From: Christensenellales bacterium
Lineage (GTDB): Bacteria; Bacillota; Clostridia; Christensenellales; UMGS416
DNA: 64,000 nucleotides
Direction of reading: 5' to 3'
Assembly (NCBI GenBank): GCA_050948665.1
Contig: JBMNEH010000001.1
Coordinates: forward strand, 1,723,813 to 1,787,812
The first letter of the stretch is position 1; every line of letters begins with the position of its first letter. Positions 56,143 through 64,000 of this stretch are shown piece after piece. A program made the position numbers and the translations under genes. The notes under the pieces are model-generated. The model did no database searches, was not told the origin of the DNA, and saw nothing but the letters and a program-made list of their open reading frames with translations.

Positions 56143-57277
56143 ATATAGCTACCGGTTTCCCATCAATGAAAACAGCTTTTACCGCAGATTCCGACCCTAA
56201 AGGACTGCCGAAGGCCAGTACAATGTCGGCGTCCTTACCCTCCTCTAAAGAACCCACACGGTCCGAGACACCAATCTGCAGCGCCGGATTGATCGTTATG
56301 GCCTGCAGCGCCTGGAAAGAATCCATGCCATCTTTTACTGCGAGACCTGCGCAGAGAGGCAAATACTGCTGCGGGATTACAGGAGAATCCGTTATAATAG
56401 AGACCCGGCCTCCGGCTTTTGCTAGAATACCAGGCGTCGCAAAGGTTTTATTCCGCAACTCGAACTTGCTTGCATGGGTCAAAGAGGGACCAACTGCCAG
56501 AGGATATCCAGCTGATACCACTTTCTCCGGCGCCAAATGGCCTTCTGTACAATGCTCAAGGGTAAGTTTCACACCGAACTCATTGGCGATACGAATGGCA
56601 GTGAAGATATCATCCAACCTGTGGGCATGCGCTTTAAGGGGAATTTCCCCTCGAATCACAGGCAGCATAGCCTCCAGTTTGATATCATAGTCCGGGGCTT
56701 TCACCAGGAGTTCATTCTGTTTTTTACCATACTCCTTCGCCTTAAAAAGCAGTTCGCGAAGCTTGGCCGCTGTCGACATACGGGAAGTTATGCTTTTATC
56801 CCGATAGCAACGTTTCGGATTTTCACCGAAAGCCACCTTCATGGCTGCCGGAAACTTTACCACCATATCATCTACCCGATCGCCAATGGTTTTGATTACC
56901 GCGAACATACCCCCCACCACATTGGAACTTCCGGGACCGGTGCACACGGTTGTGACGCCCGCCCGTGCCGCCTGAAGGAAAGTGGGATCGGTCGGCTCGA
57001 TGCCGTCGATCGCGCGAAGATGGGGCGTCATGGCATCCGTATACTCGTTATAATCCTGCCCCTCGTAACCTATACCGTAACCGTCAAGACCAATATGGCA
57101 ATGCGCTTCTACAAAGCCGGGATACACGTCCAGCCCGGCGGCATCCACGATCTCAGCGCCCTCCTCCTGGATATTCTGGGCGATGCGCAGAATTTTTCCA
57201 TCCTTTACCAGAATATCCGCGGAAAAAGGATCAGGATGTACGGCATTGTGCAGCCTTCCGTTTTTGATAATGAGCAT
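56141..57277 (-). CDS. Amidohydrolase-family protein
   Basis: PGFVEAHCHIG metal-binding start, 378 aa, TIM-barrel amidohydrolase pattern. Confidence 0.82.
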   Translation of the reverse strand: MLIIKNGRLHNAVHPDPFSADILVKDGKILRIAQNIQEEGAEIVDAAGLDVYPGFVEAHCHIGLDGYGIGYEGQDYNEYTDAMTPHLRAIDGIEPTDPTFLQAARAGVTTVCTGPGSSNVVGGMFAVIKTIGDRVDDMVVKFPAAMKVAFGENPKRCYRDKSITSRMSTAAKLRELLFKAKEYGKKQNELLVKAPDYDIKLEAMLPVIRGEIPLKAHAHRLDDIFTAIRIANEFGVKLTLEHCTEGHLAPEKVVSAGYPLAVGPSLTHASKFELRNKTFATPGILAKAGGRVSIITDSPVIPQQYLPLCAGLAVKDGMDSFQALQAITINPALQIGVSDRVGSLEEGKDADIVLAFGSPLGSESAVKAVFIDGKPVAI

Positions 57278-57327
57278 GGGTGAAAACCTCCTTTTATTTT
57301 AACTGTACTAAATTGCGGCATAAAAAA

Positions 57328-58116
57328 CTACAAGCCCAAAAGCTTCGCGCCATTGTCCCATAGTATGGCATTTTGCTCCGATTCTGTAAGGGGCAGCCGA
57401 TAAAAACGCTCCAGCTCCCCGGGCAACGTCCACATGGGATAATCTGTACCGAACAGCGTTTTCTCCGGTCCGTGCAGCCTTATCATATCCGCAGCCTCCT
57501 CCGGTTCCAAAGCAAACAGAGAACTGGAAGTATCGATATACAAATCCCTTCCCAGCAGGTATTTTTTTGCTTCCAACCACTGACTGTAACCCCCGAAATG
57601 AGCGGCTATCAACCGCAGACCCGGCACAGCGTCCATAACTCTAGCCATCCGGAGCGGAGAAGAATAATCATATCGGCTGTCTCCGGTATGCACCAGCACC
57701 GGCAATTGCCCGGCCAACAGACGGAACATTTTCATCGCACGTGGTTCATCCAATTGAAACTGCTGAAAATCCGGATGAACCTTGATCCCTTTCATACCGG
57801 ACGACAGAGCCAGCTCGATCTCCTCTTCCATTTGATCCATATACGGATGAAGGGTGGCAAAACCGATCAACTCAGGGTGAGACCCGGTTTCTTCCCATAT
57901 GAACCGGTTGATAGACGCCACCTGTGCCGGTGTAGTAGCTACTGAGTGAACAACAAACCGAGTCACACCGGATATTCTTCCCTCCCGCAACAGCTCCGTA
58001 GCCGAACCGTCGGCATACATCTCCAGTTCATAAAACCTGCCGATAGCTTCGACTGCTTTACATGCGATTTTCTCCGGGAAGATATGCGCATGTACATCAA
58101 GTATCTTTCTGTCCAT
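57328..58116 (-). CDS. Amidohydrolase_2 (PF04909-like) TIM-barrel metal hydrolase
   Basis: MDRKILDVHAHIFP..., HTGD, GTDYP. ATG 58116 lies 5 nt after GGAGG; the track start is a TTG inside the SD. Confidence 0.8.
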   Translation of the reverse strand: MDRKILDVHAHIFPEKIACKAVEAIGRFYELEMYADGSATELLREGRISGVTRFVVHSVATTPAQVASINRFIWEETGSHPELIGFATLHPYMDQMEEEIELALSSGMKGIKVHPDFQQFQLDEPRAMKMFRLLAGQLPVLVHTGDSRYDYSSPLRMARVMDAVPGLRLIAAHFGGYSQWLEAKKYLLGRDLYIDTSSSLFALEPEEAADMIRLHGPEKTLFGTDYPMWTLPGELERFYRLPLTESEQNAILWDNGAKLLGL

Positions 58117-58469
58117 ATGCACCTCCAAAGTGAGGATACTCCATTTTTTCCTTATGTCAAGAACTTCTATCCTGTTTTGAAGAAGCCCTTAAGCCTCTTT
58201 TTCATTTTTGTTTTCGATGTTATAATGTTATATTATATAAACAGTCGAAGTTTAGGCATTCAGAGGCTGCTAAAGCATAACTATGTGTTTAATGGGATGA
58301 GTCTACAAGGATTTCGCTGGCTTTGGTACAGGAAAAAGGGGCTATCGGCTTTCTCTAATATTGCTATGACCTTCTACCGAGTTTCTCATAATCTTACCCG
58401 AGTAAAACTGAATCAATATACCTATGAATGATGGAAAGCGCACTATAGCCGCAAAGAAAGGAGTAATAC

Positions 58470-59024
58470 ATGAAAGTAATTGCAGTTATCGGCAGTCCCC
58501 GGCCTCAGGGGAACTCCACCGCCCTGGCTCATGCCTTTTTGAAAGGCGCGGAAGCGGCAGGACATCAAACCGTGGTCTATGACTTAAATACCCTTACGGT
58601 AAAGGGATGTCAGGGATGCCGTACCTGCAAGGAAAAAGGATGTGACTGTATCCTGCAGGATGACCTGGTTCCCTATTGGCACGATTTGCATGAGGCAGGC
58701 GCCCTTGTCGTCAGCGCGCCAAATTATGCCGGGCAGGTTTGTGGCCCGATGGTCACGTATATGAACCGTCATTATTGCCTTCTTGACAAAGACTGGCGTT
58801 CACGACTCCGGCCCGGTAAAAAGGTATTGGGTATCTTCTCCCAAGGCAATGCAAACAGAAAAGTCTACCTCAATCATTACCAATGGTATATGCACGATTT
58901 TCAAAACCGGGATATGACGCTTCTGGACATACTGGTTCATACGAGTGAAGACTCGGTGGCTCCTGACAGTCCTCTGGCTGTCCACGCTTACCGTCTGGGT
59001 CTGGAATTGCAAACCCTTCCTTAA
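58470..59024 (+). CDS. Flavodoxin-like NAD(P)H-dependent FMN reductase / iron-sulfur flavoprotein-like protein
   Basis: MKVIAVIGSPRPQGNS... plus the Cys cluster CQGCRTCKEKGCDC. Confidence 0.78.
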   Translation: MKVIAVIGSPRPQGNSTALAHAFLKGAEAAGHQTVVYDLNTLTVKGCQGCRTCKEKGCDCILQDDLVPYWHDLHEAGALVVSAPNYAGQVCGPMVTYMNRHYCLLDKDWRSRLRPGKKVLGIFSQGNANRKVYLNHYQWYMHDFQNRDMTLLDILVHTSEDSVAPDSPLAVHAYRLGLELQTLP

Positions 59025-59100
59025 ATGAAGCGCAATGCAGGCTTGCCTCATTCTGTGACATCTGTTATAATAACCGCAGGTTATTTGGAGGAGTGGTCTT

Positions 59101-59466
59101 ATGCAAAAGAAAAGGATTTATTCTCTTCTCGCAGCACTGCTGGTACTGGTTCTGCTCTCCGGCTGTACATACAGCAGCGTGCTCTATGGTCCCTGGGTCA
59201 TCATGAAAACGACGAACCTTAAAAATGGCCTGGAATCAGATCCGCCTTTAGCAGTAACCTTTGATATCCGAGAAAACGGCGAAGTGTACATGCTGGGGAA
59301 TCTCTTCGGTACCTATACCCGAAAAGGTGATACTTTTACATTTGAATATACCAATTATGAAGGTAGCGTTTCAGGCGGTTGGGAACTGAGCGGTAGCCAA
59401 CTTCTGATATATTTAGATGATGAACCTATGATGTACACTTTTGAGAGACCGAAGGCTACTTCCTAA
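59101..59466 (+). CDS. Small lipoprotein, hypothetical
   Basis: Signal peptide with lipobox LLSGC. GGAGG SD. TAATG overlap with the next ORF. Confidence 0.6.
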   Translation: MQKKRIYSLLAALLVLVLLSGCTYSSVLYGPWVIMKTTNLKNGLESDPPLAVTFDIRENGEVYMLGNLFGTYTRKGDTFTFEYTNYEGSVSGGWELSGSQLLIYLDDEPMMYTFERPKATS

Positions 59467-60485
59467 TGCAATATGTAATGGCAGTAAGACCCTCTCACAA
59501 CCGTGTCTATACAGGACAGGCTGTTAAGCTGGCTATAGCTGAGCTTGACAGCCTCAATATTTCCCTCGGAGGAAGATTGCAGCACATTTCTCCCGCCGTC
59601 CTGGGTGGTGCTGATGCTGTGACCTGGGAGCAGAAATTTCCGATGGACAACGAGGAAATGCGCTGGCTGCAGCGACTGTCATCTGCCTATCTGTGCTTCC
59701 GGAAAGAGGGTAAAGCGCTTTATCCTCTATCTCTGCAGTTCATTTCCCCGCTGCAGGAAGATTTGGTATCCATACCCAAGTATGTCGGACGCACCAACGA
59801 GCAGTTCACCCGTCTGATGGTGAATTGCGGTTTGCTGGCGTCAGACTTCTGGCAGCTGACTCCTGATGAAGTGCTGCTGCTTGACCCAGTCTGCGGTCGG
59901 GGCACAACGTTGCTTGAGGGTCTTGTACAGGGGCATTCCGTAGCCGGCATAGAAACCGATAAAAAGGATGTGGAGTGGCTACGGTAGTATATGAAGCGGT
60001 ACCTGCAGGAGCACCGGTGGAAACACACGGTCAGGGAGGAGAATATTCCGGGATCGCAGGGTACCATCGGCCGCCGCTATACCTTCCATATGTCACCCGA
60101 CAAAGAAAGTTTCAGAAATGCACCGGTGTGTATGGATTTCATCCGGGGTGATACTCTTTTAACCAGCCGCTACTTTAAACCCGATACCTTCCACCTGTTG
60201 GCTGCGGATTTGCCTTATGACGTCCAGCATGGTTCCACGGTGAATGGCCGTTTGGCGCCCAAGCCGGAGGAACTGCTCAAAGATGCCCTCCCCGGCTGGA
60301 AGCGCGTACTCAAAACTGGTGGCGGCCTCGCGATAACTTGAAATGAAAAGCGATGCCCACGGAATCGTATGGAGCGGCTGGTATCTCTGGAGGGACTTGA
60401 TGTCTACGAACCTCCAAAGGAGGGTTTTTCACACACAGTGGATACCTCCATCACCCGGAATTTACTGATTGCGGTAAAGCGATAA
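59466..60485 (+). pseudogene. UPF0020/TRM11-like SAM-dependent methyltransferase interrupted by two in-frame stops
   Basis: One continuous frame. SAM motif I LLDPVCGRGTTLLEG and motif IV ADLPYD. In-frame TAG at 59985-59987 and TGA at 60339-60341, with a coherent C-terminus up to TAA at 60483-60485. Confidence 0.65.
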
Positions 60486-60514
60486 TACCATTCAGCAGAG
60501 AAAGCCCTTTCCCC

Positions 60515-60542
60515 TTGCATATCCTTATGAATATGATATAAT
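60515..60542 (+). promoter_or_regulatory. Promoter of the cysE-cysS leader
   Basis: TTGCAT (60515-20), a 16-nt spacer, and an extended -10 TGATATAAT (60534-42). Confidence 0.6.
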
Positions 60543-60548
60543 ATACCG

Positions 60549-60781
60549 CGTAAAGGCTACGAAGCGATTAGTAGCCCCGAAGTTCCTCCGCAAAAGAGAG
60601 AGCCCGCCGCCGGCTGAAAACGGGCTTTGCGGTTTTCGGGTTGAATTGCACCGCCGATATGCCGTTCCCGGGGCAGCTTGGGGAACGCTGGACAGCGTTA
60701 ACGTCATGGAGTGAGGGTTACGGCCCTAACCAGAGTGGAACCGCGAGGATTTTCCCCGTCTCTGATGAGACGGTTTTTTTA
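60549..60781 (+). promoter_or_regulatory. T-box riboswitch leader (Cys specifier inferred)
   Basis: Stem I elements (AGTA, AGAGAG, GCTGAAAA). T-box sequence CAGAGTGGAACCGCG at 60730-60744. Terminator CCGTCTC TGAT GAGACGG plus a T-run at 60756-60781. TGC followed by A at 60647-60650 in the specifier region. Confidence 0.8.
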
Positions 60782-60793
60782 TTCGGAGGAAGT

Positions 60794-61459
60794 ATGATAA
60801 CAGAAATCAAAGCAGTATTACATCGGGATCCGGCAGCACGGAACTGGCTGGAAGCTTTTCTGTGTTACCCCAGTGTTCATGCAATATTCTGGCAGAGGGT
60901 TTCTCATAGACTGTACCGATGGAACCTGAAGCTGTTGGCACGATGTATCAGTCAAATTGTTCGGCATTTCACCGGCATAGAGATCCACCCCGGTGCCGTT
61001 ATCGGTAGAGGATTGTTTATAGACCACGGTATGGGAGTTGTCATTGGAGAAACCTCTGAGATTGGAGATAATTGCACTCTCTATCAGGGCGTGACCCTCG
61101 GGGGAACCGGTAAAAATGTCGGAAAAAGGCACCCCACATTAGGCAATTATGTGATGGTCGGAGCGAATGCACTGGTATTAGGCCCGGTAACCCTGGGAGA
61201 CTATGCGAAAATCGGCGCTGGCTCAGTTGTACTAAAGGATGTGCCTGCCGGTTCAACCGTAGTAGGGAATCCCGGGAAGGTTGTCCGATGTAACGGTCAA
61301 CCGGTCCGGAGGGATGACGCTTTCGAGCATGGAAATCTTCCCGACCCTGTTCAGACGGAAATAAAAATGCTGGAACAAATTATCGGAGAGTTGTGCCAGC
61401 GTATTATGACTTTGGAAAAAACAGACCATGAAAGGAAGGAGCCCAATGAGGATTTATAA
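60794..61459 (+). CDS. cysE: Serine O-acetyltransferase
   Basis: [17 protein letters not shown]..., [27 protein letters not shown], hexapeptide repeats. ATG follows GGAGGAAG. Confidence 0.92.
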   Translation: MITEIKAVLHRDPAARNWLEAFLCYPSVHAIFWQRVSHRLYRWNLKLLARCISQIVRHFTGIEIHPGAVIGRGLFIDHGMGVVIGETSEIGDNCTLYQGVTLGGTGKNVGKRHPTLGNYVMVGANALVLGPVTLGDYAKIGAGSVVLKDVPAGSTVVGNPGKVVRCNGQPVRRDDAFEHGNLPDPVQTEIKMLEQIIGELCQRIMTLEKTDHERKEPNEDL

Positions 61460-62828
61460 CACAATGACACGCCGGAAGGAGGAGCTACAACCGCAGGTAC
61501 CCGGTGAGGTGCGTATTTATGCCTGTGGACCAACGGTTTACGGCTACATGCACATTGGGAATGCCCGACAGCTTGTGGTGTTTGATACACTACGCAGATA
61601 TCTTACTTGGCGGGGATACAAGGTCACCTTTGTGCAAAACTTTACCGATGTGGATGATAAAATGATACATCAGGCCCAGGAGGATAGAATCACCGTCAAG
61701 GAACTGGGGGATCGGTTCATACAAGAGTACAAAACAGATGCCGAATCACTTGGCGTGCTACCGGCGACTGTCCACCCCCGCGCAACGGAACATATCGGTG
61801 AGATTATCGGCTTGATCCGCAAGCTGGAAAAAAAGGGGCTTGCCTATAAAGCAGGAGATGGGGTGTATTTTGACACCCAGGCTTACCCGGCATACGGCGA
61901 GCTTTCTGGACAAAATCAGGAGGACAGATTGGCGGGAGCCCGCATTCAGGTAGATGACACAAAGAAAAACCCTATGGACTTTGCCCTTTGGAAAGATGAG
62001 AAACCCGGCGAACCCGCATGGAATTCGCCTTGGGGAAAGGGACGTCCGGGTTGGCATATTGAGTGCTCCGCAATGTCCATGAAATACCTGGGAGAAACCC
62101 TAGACATTCATGGCGGCGGGCAGGACTTGATTTTTCCCCACCATGAAAACGAAATTGCCCAGTCAGAAGGCGCAACCGGAAAACCTCTTGCCCGTTATTG
62201 GATGCACAACGGCTTTATCAATGTCAACAACGAGAAGATGAGCAAGTCCGCTGACAACTTCTTTACCGTACGGGATATCTGTAAGCAGTATGACCCGGAG
62301 GCAGTACGGTTTTTCCTTATTTCTTCCCATTACCGCAGTCCCGTGAACTTTTCTGAGGAACAGATGCAGCAGGCCCAGGCTGCTTTGACCCGTCTCTACA
62401 ATGGCCGGGATATACTGGCTTACCAAGCAATCCACGGCCCCTCAGGGGAGGATAAGGCTGCCGAACTGCTGACACAGTCCCAGGAAGCCTTCATCCGGGC
62501 AATGGACGATGACATGAACACCGCAGATGCCATTTCTGTCCTGTTTGATATGATTCGTGTCACAAACAGCTGGGTTGCAAAGGATTGCACCAGAGAAACC
62601 GCATCCTCCGCTCTATCCGGTCTGGAAGAATTATCAGGGGTCATAGGTATGCTTACACGTGTTTTTGTGGAAAAACTGCCCCACGAGATTCAAGTTCTGG
62701 CAGATGCTCGCGCAGCCGCGAGAAAAGCCCGTAATTGGAATGAATCCGACAGGCTGCGGGATGAGATACTGGCAAAGGGTTATTCCGTTGAGGATACAAA
62801 AGATGGGCAGAAGATTCGTTTAAAGTAG
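61446..62828 (+). CDS. cysS: Cysteine--tRNA ligase
   Basis: [14 protein letters not shown], the HIGN (HIGH) motif, KMSKS, WHIECS. 14-nt overlap with cysE. Confidence 0.95.
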   Translation: MRIYNTMTRRKEELQPQVPGEVRIYACGPTVYGYMHIGNARQLVVFDTLRRYLTWRGYKVTFVQNFTDVDDKMIHQAQEDRITVKELGDRFIQEYKTDAESLGVLPATVHPRATEHIGEIIGLIRKLEKKGLAYKAGDGVYFDTQAYPAYGELSGQNQEDRLAGARIQVDDTKKNPMDFALWKDEKPGEPAWNSPWGKGRPGWHIECSAMSMKYLGETLDIHGGGQDLIFPHHENEIAQSEGATGKPLARYWMHNGFINVNNEKMSKSADNFFTVRDICKQYDPEAVRFFLISSHYRSPVNFSEEQMQQAQAALTRLYNGRDILAYQAIHGPSGEDKAAELLTQSQEAFIRAMDDDMNTADAISVLFDMIRVTNSWVAKDCTRETASSALSGLEELSGVIGMLTRVFVEKLPHEIQVLADARAAARKARNWNESDRLRDEILAKGYSVEDTKDGQKIRLK

Positions 62829-62837
62829 GAGGTACGT

Positions 62838-64000
62838 ATGCTGAAGGAAATTTCCTCTGCAAATATAAAGCTTCATTCCGGATTTTGGTTGGACAGACTG
62901 ACACAGATGGCAAAAGTAACCGCTCCCCTGTGTCTGGATCGCTGTGAGGAAACCGGCCGACTCAGTAACTTCCGACGCGCCGCAGGTTGGGAAAAGGGGC
63001 CATTCCAAGGTTTATACTACAATGATTCCGATGTGTACAAGGTTCTGGAAGGCATTGCCTACATATTGATACAACGCCCGGATCCTGTGCTGGAAGCAAG
63101 AGGGCAGGCAGTGATAGATTCCATTATCGCTGCTGCTGAACCTGACGGTTATATATTCACAAGCTATACTCTGGGTGATACGCCGGAGCGTTGGCAGGAT
63201 ATGCGCCGGCACGAAGCCTACTGTCTGGGGCATATGGTGGAAGGGGCTGTCGCCTGGAGCCGGGCAACCGGCAGGAATACCTGGCTGGAGATGGCGGAAA
63301 GGGCCGTCCGGCAAATGATGGAGACCCTTGGTCCCGACAAAGCCCCTTGGGTCACAGGACATGAAGAACTGGAATTGGCATTGGTAAAACTCAGCCGGTA
63401 TACCGGTAAAAGGTGTTACCTGGATTATGCGCTTTGGCTGCTGGAGCAGAGAGGGCGCGGATATTTCTCTTATCCTGGTAAGGAGGACACCTTATTCCGT
63501 CCCTCATACCACCAGGATGATATACCGGTTCGGGAACTCAGCCGGGTTACAGGTCATGCGGTACGGGCGATGTATTTGTATTGCGGTATGGCGGACGTTG
63601 CAGGGGAAACAGGAGATACCGCCATGTTCTCCGCGCTGAATCGGCTATGGAATCATGTTGTTCCCGCCAATTTGTACATCACCGGAGGGATCGGTCAGGA
63701 AGCCGCCCACGAGGGTTTCACGGAGGACTGGTCCCTGCCCAATCTGACCGCTTATTGTGAAACCTGCGCAGCCATCGGCATGGCACTGTGGAACCAGCGT
63801 ATGTACCAGGCTACAGGACACGCAAAGTACGCCGATCTTGTGGAGAGGGAGCTGTTCAACGGCGCGCTCGCCGGTATTTCCCGGAAGGGAGACCGCTTCT
63901 TCTATGTGAATCCTCTGTCTTCGGTGGGAAATCATCACCGCTCGGAATGGTTCGGCACTTCTTGCTGCCCCACCAACCTCATCCGTTTTTTGCCTTCCGT
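62838..64000 (+). CDS. GH127 (DUF1680) beta-L-arabinofuranosidase-like protein, 5' part (runs off the window)
   Basis: My own translation, since it is not in the ORF track: MLKEISSANIKLHSGFWLDRL...YYNDSDVYKVLEG...HEAYCLGHM...TGHAVRAMYLY...ETCAAIG...SCCPTN. AGGAGG SD. Confidence 0.82.
   Translation, partial: MLKEISSANIKLHSGFWLDRLTQMAKVTAPLCLDRCEETGRLSNFRRAAGWEKGPFQGLYYNDSDVYKVLEGIAYILIQRPDPVLEARGQAVIDSIIAAAEPDGYIFTSYTLGDTPERWQDMRRHEAYCLGHMVEGAVAWSRATGRNTWLEMAERAVRQMMETLGPDKAPWVTGHEELELALVKLSRYTGKRCYLDYALWLLEQRGRGYFSYPGKEDTLFRPSYHQDDIPVRELSRVTGHAVRAMYLYCGMADVAGETGDTAMFSALNRLWNHVVPANLYITGGIGQEAAHEGFTEDWSLPNLTAYCETCAAIGMALWNQRMYQATGHAKYADLVERELFNGALAGISRKGDRFFYVNPLSSVGNHHRSEWFGTSCCPTNLIRFLPS

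Noticed and set aside
57946-58431. 161-aa plus-strand ORF spanning the amidohydrolase start and the 58129-58469 spacer
   Set aside because: Its 5' third is antisense to a supported gene, and it has no SD. The spacer part is AT-rich promoter-like sequence (for example a TTATAAT box near 58220). I could not assign the roughly 235-nt leader upstream of the flavodoxin-like gene to any riboswitch class, FMN included.
59985-60341. In-frame TAG as pyrrolysine, and in-frame TGA as selenocysteine or Trp recoding, in the methyltransferase gene
   Set aside because: Other genes in the window terminate at TAG (phoR, the yhhN-like gene) and at TGA (pstC, pth). The gene is not a methylamine methyltransferase. 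I saw no SECIS-like hairpin immediately after the TGA and no pyl or sel genes in the window. A pseudogene or a sequencing error is the simpler reading.

Overview
This is a 64-kb chromosomal segment that looks like an anaerobic Firmicute of the Clostridia type. The taxonomic call is inference from gene content: rubrerythrin, indolepyruvate:ferredoxin oxidoreductase, a GGGtGRT protein, T-box and PurBox regulation, and AGGAGG Shine-Dalgarno (SD) sites. I support about 62 protein genes, one tRNA-Arg(ACG), one Cys-type T-box leader and one methyltransferase pseudogene with two in-frame stops. I saw no rRNA, CRISPR array, transposase or integrase. The left end (1-5.7 kb) is a complete phosphate module: the pstS 3' end, pstC, pstA, pstB, phoU, a response regulator and a histidine kinase, all with overlapping stop/start codons. 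The 5.8-17.7 kb stretch is visibly lower in GC and is the accessory-looking part. It holds a rubredoxin-domain gene coupled to a ferredoxin-rubrerythrin fusion that keeps an internal SD and ATG. It also holds an eight-gene translationally coupled operon of unassigned function: DUF5320, DUF134, two NifX-like proteins, two MinD-type ATPases with 2x[4Fe-4S] inserts, an MBL hydrolase and a C_GCAxxG_C_C protein. That operon sits behind a near-consensus promoter with repeated operator-like elements. The same stretch contains zupT and a stand-alone 1051-aa HKD(PLD) nuclease - SF2 helicase - DUF3427-like protein flanked by long AT-rich spacers. The remainder is mostly housekeeping: metG, tatD, serA/serC, coaD, rsmD, alr, iorAB, murC, purR-glmU-pth-mfd-prsA and cysE-cysS. 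Interspersed are poorly understood conserved modules: a GldA/F/G-like ABC system plus DUF4340, and a GGGtGRT protein with an IscU-like partner. Glycoside hydrolase genes (GH35-like, GH127) are also present. The two candidates I rank highest for an undescribed system are the DUF134/NifX/MinD-ferredoxin operon and the single-gene nuclease-helicase. All family assignments come from motif recognition by eye; no database search was run.
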